NCBI RefSeq assembly: GCF_000012925.1
Contig: NC_007517.1
Location: forward strand, 2,850,001 to 2,882,000
Direction of reading: 5' to 3'
Origin: Geobacter metallireducens GS-15
GTDB lineage: Bacteria; Desulfobacterota; Desulfuromonadia; Geobacterales; Geobacteraceae
Length of the DNA: 32,000 nt
The notes below the pieces were generated by a model that saw nothing but the letters and a program-made list of their open reading frames with translations, made no database searches and was not told where the DNA came from. Each line of letters starts with the position of its first letter. The first letter of the stretch is position 1. A program made the translations under genes and the position numbers. This document shows positions 26,523-32,000 of the stretch, in pieces.

Positions 26523-26570
26523 CTGTCCCCTTTTTCACTCTTTTTTCACTTCTGTCCCCTTTTTCACTTC
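26523..26570. repeat. Direct repeats: 17-bp CTGTCCCCTTTTTCACT twice (26523-26539, 26552-26568) with a partial TTTTTCACT copy between them
   Basis: Read directly from the sequence. The period is 29 bp. The repeats are in non-coding DNA between the antitoxin gene and the 3' end of the 535-aa ORF. Confidence 0.8.
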
Positions 26571-26659
26571 TAAAGCGGGAAGTCTGTTGTCCAGGCCGGA
26601 AGTGGTTTCTCATGATCTTTTCGCGGGCAACGGGGCTGAGGGTGGGCAGCGAAGGCTGC

Positions 26660-28267
26660 TCAAACCGCTGGTTGGCCGTCCATATCCTCAAGCCACGCAC
26701 GATTCCATGCAATTCTGTAACGTCCTCGTTTTTCAATCGTGGACCCGAATATATCAGGTGCTTGAATACGTATAATTCTCTGTACTTGCACAGTACACAC
26801 TAGATCCTTTCCAAGCCCGCCGAATTGCCGTCGTCGATGGTCTCCGCAATATACAGAAATACGTGCATAGCCTAATGGCAAATAACGTAAGAGGTCCAAC
26901 CGAGATGTGTGTTGCCGTGCATGCGACAGGGACTTGCTTATTATGCGGCGTAAAACTTTTCTTATATCACTAATTAAATCGTCGGATTGATCTTGAATAA
27001 GGACAGTTCCAGAGAGAACCAGTCCCCAAGAATTTCGGTGTATCTTCGCGTCTCGCACTTTGAGAGAGGGAAGCCGCATGCTTTTTCTGAAATCTGCTGC
27101 AATTATCGGCATGTTTACTCGAAAATACGAATACATGGTTCCCATACGGTGTATAAAGCGGGGCAGTTTTAGACGAGGAACAAAGAAAATCAAATTTTCT
27201 ATTACAACACCTTGGTAATCCTCAAGCCGGGGGCATCCAGACTGTCGAAGTAGTCTTAGCTTTTCGCCGTCAAAAACGGTAAAACCTGGCCATGCATTTG
27301 GGGAACGAATAGAGAAAAAATATCGACTATATCCTGGGGCAAAAAGCTCAGCAAGGTAGCCCGATTGGAAAACAGATACCTGTACCTTAAAAAAGTCGTA
27401 CGTCCTCGCCCGGACATGCACAATAAGCTGATTAAGATCTGTGTACTCTGAGGGTGTGCACCCGATGATTTCCCACCAAGGTGTTTTTGTTTCTTCTTTA
27501 AGTTCGTCGATGAGAAGCTGGTTTGGAATTTCATACCCATGATGCTGGTTGGCAATTACAAACACTGAAAATGCCAAAACAATTGCATTGCAGGTATCGA
27601 TTATGTTGTCACATACATTTACCATTGTCCTGTCTGACAACACATCCTCGTTTCTCTGCTTGTCTTTATAGGAAATTGAGTTGTCAAAAAATTTGATGCC
27701 TCCGTGCGCTATGCCATTCCTGACCACGTGGCGATAATGCACTGTTAATTCATTTAAATCAGACGTCTTAAGTTCCTCAACTATATTAAATACATCCAGT
27801 TTTTCTGTGCCCTTCCCGCGTTTTAGACGCGAAAAATACGCAGGTATGCGAAGCATTGGACTATATACAGCTTCTATGAGCCTCAGATATGTCGGATGTA
27901 TATTTTGGTCAATAAATCTTGTCAATTCATAATTATCACTCGTATCAAGTTGATCATGCCAATCGAATTGGTTTATTTCTGTAAGATGGAGAAAGGCATG
28001 ATTTAACTCAACCATAAAATCTCTAAAGTACTCTTGAAGCTTGTCGCGTTGATCAAGATCGATACTTTGCAGCCATTTGAGGTATTTAGTGTAACTTGAT
28101 CTACAATAAAATCGCTGAGGTGTACCATTAGTATACTTATGGAGGGAGAGAAAATGCTTGTGGGGGCAGCCTTCGAGGTCCGCAAAGATATTTCTGAGTT
28201 CAGAACGTCTACGGTCATGAACCTGTCGAAACAAAGAGTTCTGAAGTATGTTCTGAAGTAATTCCAT
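26660..28267 (-). CDS. AT-rich orphan protein, 535 aa, with an HEPN-like R-N-G-I-A-H motif (candidate RNase / abortive-infection effector)
   Basis: A long uninterrupted ORF in DNA that is about 30-43% GC by eye, where chance ORFs of this length are very unlikely. AAGGA lies 4 nt before the ATG. Residues 183-188, RNGIAH (nt 27704-27721), fit the HEPN Rx4-6H signature. I recognise no family for the C-terminal 300 aa or so. Confidence 0.8.
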   Translation of the reverse strand: MELLQNILQNSLFRQVHDRRRSELRNIFADLEGCPHKHFLSLHKYTNGTPQRFYCRSSYTKYLKWLQSIDLDQRDKLQEYFRDFMVELNHAFLHLTEINQFDWHDQLDTSDNYELTRFIDQNIHPTYLRLIEAVYSPMLRIPAYFSRLKRGKGTEKLDVFNIVEELKTSDLNELTVHYRHVVRNGIAHGGIKFFDNSISYKDKQRNEDVLSDRTMVNVCDNIIDTCNAIVLAFSVFVIANQHHGYEIPNQLLIDELKEETKTPWWEIIGCTPSEYTDLNQLIVHVRARTYDFFKVQVSVFQSGYLAELFAPGYSRYFFSIRSPNAWPGFTVFDGEKLRLLRQSGCPRLEDYQGVVIENLIFFVPRLKLPRFIHRMGTMYSYFRVNMPIIAADFRKSMRLPSLKVRDAKIHRNSWGLVLSGTVLIQDQSDDLISDIRKVLRRIISKSLSHARQHTSRLDLLRYLPLGYARISVYCGDHRRRQFGGLGKDLVCTVQVQRIIRIQAPDIFGSTIEKRGRYRIAWNRAWLEDMDGQPAV

Positions 28268-29044
28268 TTCATCCTTCGGATAACGGGGTCGGCGTTGACC
28301 CGCCCGTCTTTAGCAGGCCGTTGAAAAACTCCTCTGCTCCAAGGGCACTTTCCTTCAAGGAGAGCATTTCCGGCTGATTGTTGTATTGATTTCGTCTTAT
28401 TCGTTCTTTGAAACCTTGCTTTTTCGCCTTAATTTTGCCTTTTCAGGCGGATTCTGCGGCCCAGGGCCGCACTACTTCCCTGTTTATGCCGTTTTCATCC
28501 CGAGATTGCGGAGCCGGACCAGATTGTATGCCGCGATGGTCAAGGTGAAGTACCAGTCGACCTTCGCTACTCCCCGGTGCCGGGTCTTGCGGAGATTGCC
28601 GACAGTCTTGAGCCAACCGAAGGCTTCTTCAATCCGTTTGCGAATTCTCAGGCTGGTTTTGTAGCCTTCGTGGCGGGTGGTCCTGCCGTCGATGGCTGAG
28701 CGGCGGTTAGTGGTATTCTGGGCGACGTGAGGGGTTACGTTGAGAGCCCGCAGTTCTTCGACGCATTCTTTGGTGTCGTAGCCCTTGTCGCCCCCTACCG
28801 TGATACGCTTGCCGCCGGCGACGTCGGCGATCATCTCGACTGCGGTATCCCGCTCTGCGGTGCCGGTGGCCTGAGTGATTCTGGCATCGACAATGATCCC
28901 ATGGCGGTTCTCCATGAGGGCGTGCCCGTGGTAGCTGAGCTTTGCCTCCTTGCCCGCGCTTCTCTTGGCAATTGTCAACGGCAATCGAAAATTGACCCAC
29001 TTTACCGGTTGATCGGCAATTGAAAAATGACCCACCTTCCTGGG

Positions 29045-30879
<1,835 letters not shown>

Positions 30880-31713
30880 CTAGGTTATCAGGAAGAGTGG
30901 GTCAATTTTCAATTTCCGAGGTGGGTCATTTTTACATTGCCGCTAACAGCAATCCGCGCATCGGGATCAGTGGTGGAGGCATGGGTGTCGTTTTTGAGTT
31001 TCTCGCCGTGGAAGTCACGCTCCGTGTTCCGACCTACGGGAGGCTGTGGCCCATCCTTGGGCAGGAAGCTCTTGATGGAAGCCCATGCCTCGATGAGGGT
31101 GCCGTCAACACTGAAGTGCTCGTCGGACAACAGCTTTGCCCCTCGGGCTTGCTCAACCACCCTGGCCAGGAGCAACCGTGCCACGTCGGTATCGATCAAC
31201 CGCTCCAGGTTGGTGGAAAACGATGAGTGGTCCCAGACCTTCTCGTCCAAGGCCAGTCCCACAAACCAGCGGAACAGGATGCTGTAGCTGATCTGCTCCA
31301 CCAGCAGACGGTTACTCCTGATGGTGTACAGCGCTTGGAGCAGCAGGGCTTTGAGCAACTGCTCCGGCGGAATCGAGGGCCTGCCGGTGTGGGAATACAT
31401 AGCCTCGAATTGAGGGTTGAGCTCTGCAAGCGACTTGTCGACCATCGTCTTGATCGGACGCAGGGGGTGGTCCTTCGGGACGTACGATTCAAGGGACAGA
31501 TAGAAGAACAGGGCTTCGGTTTTTGTCTCGCTGCCGCGCATAACGTTTCTCCTGTAAATTCGTATTGTTACGCGCCAAAATATAGCACAATTCGCTAACT
31601 TATTGAATCAAAAAGGGTTAGTTTTTCAACAACCTGTTAGGGCGGCGCCTAACGACGTGGTTGGGAACTTTGTCTCAAATGTTCATTTTCAAAGGCTGGT
31701 CTACTTTTGCCCC

Positions 31714-32000
31714 TCATTGAAAGTCTCTTGACAACATTAATGACGCTGCTGAAGGATCTATAACAGCACCGTTTAATTCCTTCGCGATTCTATAGCCTTT
31801 TTCTCTAAATTCTGACAATGATTCGGTAACTTGACGTAAAGAAGAAGTGTCTATTATTAGCCGCAATGCAGTCCCATCAAGTTGCGTTACAACATTCCGC
31901 TTGCTTCGCTCTCTGAGCATTATTCCGCTCGATTTGCTGCATATAAAAAAACTTCCTCCATTTCGACATAATTCGCTGGTCATAAAGAGCCCAAACCCAG
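31714..32000 (-). CDS. AT-rich hypothetical ORF, open at the window edge (89 aa from the first ATG; probably the C-terminus of a longer protein)
   Basis: The frame has no stop between ATG 31983 and position 32000, so the true start may lie outside the window. It has the same strand and the same low GC as the 535-aa ORF. I recognise no family. Confidence 0.4.
   Translation of the reverse strand, partial: GFGLFMTSELCRNGGSFFICSKSSGIMLRERSKRNVVTQLDGTALRLIIDTSSLRQVTESLSEFREKGYRIAKELNGAVIDPSAASLMLSRDFQ

Noticed and set aside
26523-26570. Possible CRISPR array, because of the repeated 17-mer
   Set aside because: There are only two full copies plus one partial. The repeats are too short, the spacing is only about 12 nt, and no cas genes are nearby. 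It does not fit CRISPR architecture.
26370-26775. Plus-strand ORFs of 67 and 119 aa, and the minus-strand 76-aa ORF 26506-26736, in the island spacer
   Set aside because: They have no RBS and odd composition. They run through the direct and inverted repeats and overlap the 3' end of the 535-aa ORF. I treat the region as non-coding or structured DNA.
28283-28306. GGGTC-N6-GACCC palindrome just upstream of the 535-aa ORF, considered as an operator
   Set aside because: The arms are only 5 bp. It is better explained as part of the short GC-rich hairpin region that was the IS5 target, and the evidence is too weak to call it a regulatory site.

Overview
High-GC (by eye about 60-65%) chromosomal DNA that looks Geobacter/Desulfuromonadales-like. 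That attribution is recognition only and was not checked. From about 25.56 kb to the right edge it gives way to a low-GC, IS-ridden accessory island. The core, left to right: a 2-oxo acid dehydrogenase operon (partial E1 alpha, E1 beta, E2); a PEP-CTERM secreted protein; a redox-stress-type cluster (DUF1858-like CxxC protein, a Cys-rich Fe-S-type gene split by an ISL3 element, hemerythrin); an MFP-RND-OMF efflux operon; a small nitrite/sulfite reductase-like hemoprotein; an EF-G paralogue; mscL; a PilZ protein; an ABC-F ATPase; a secreted thermonuclease; a polycationic secreted mini-protein; a secreted M16 peptidase pair; and cmoB/cmoA. The island holds a HigB/HigA-type toxin-antitoxin pair, a structured non-coding stretch, and a very AT-rich 535-aa orphan ORF with an R-N-x-x-x-H (HEPN-like) motif. 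Upstream of that ORF sits an IS5-family element that is itself interrupted by an IS21-family element, then a further AT-rich ORF that runs off the window. Removing the nested IS in silico puts the two AT-rich ORFs about 119 nt apart on the same strand. This pair is my best candidate for an undescribed defence or abortive-infection-type system. Other items missing from the ORF track: two copies of a roughly 140-bp MITE-like palindromic element (one forms the RND/OMF gene junction), a 57-aa Cys4 ORF, a 35-aa rubredoxin-like ORF translationally coupled to the M16 pair, and several promoter, terminator and hairpin candidates. I saw no rRNA, tRNA or CRISPR array.
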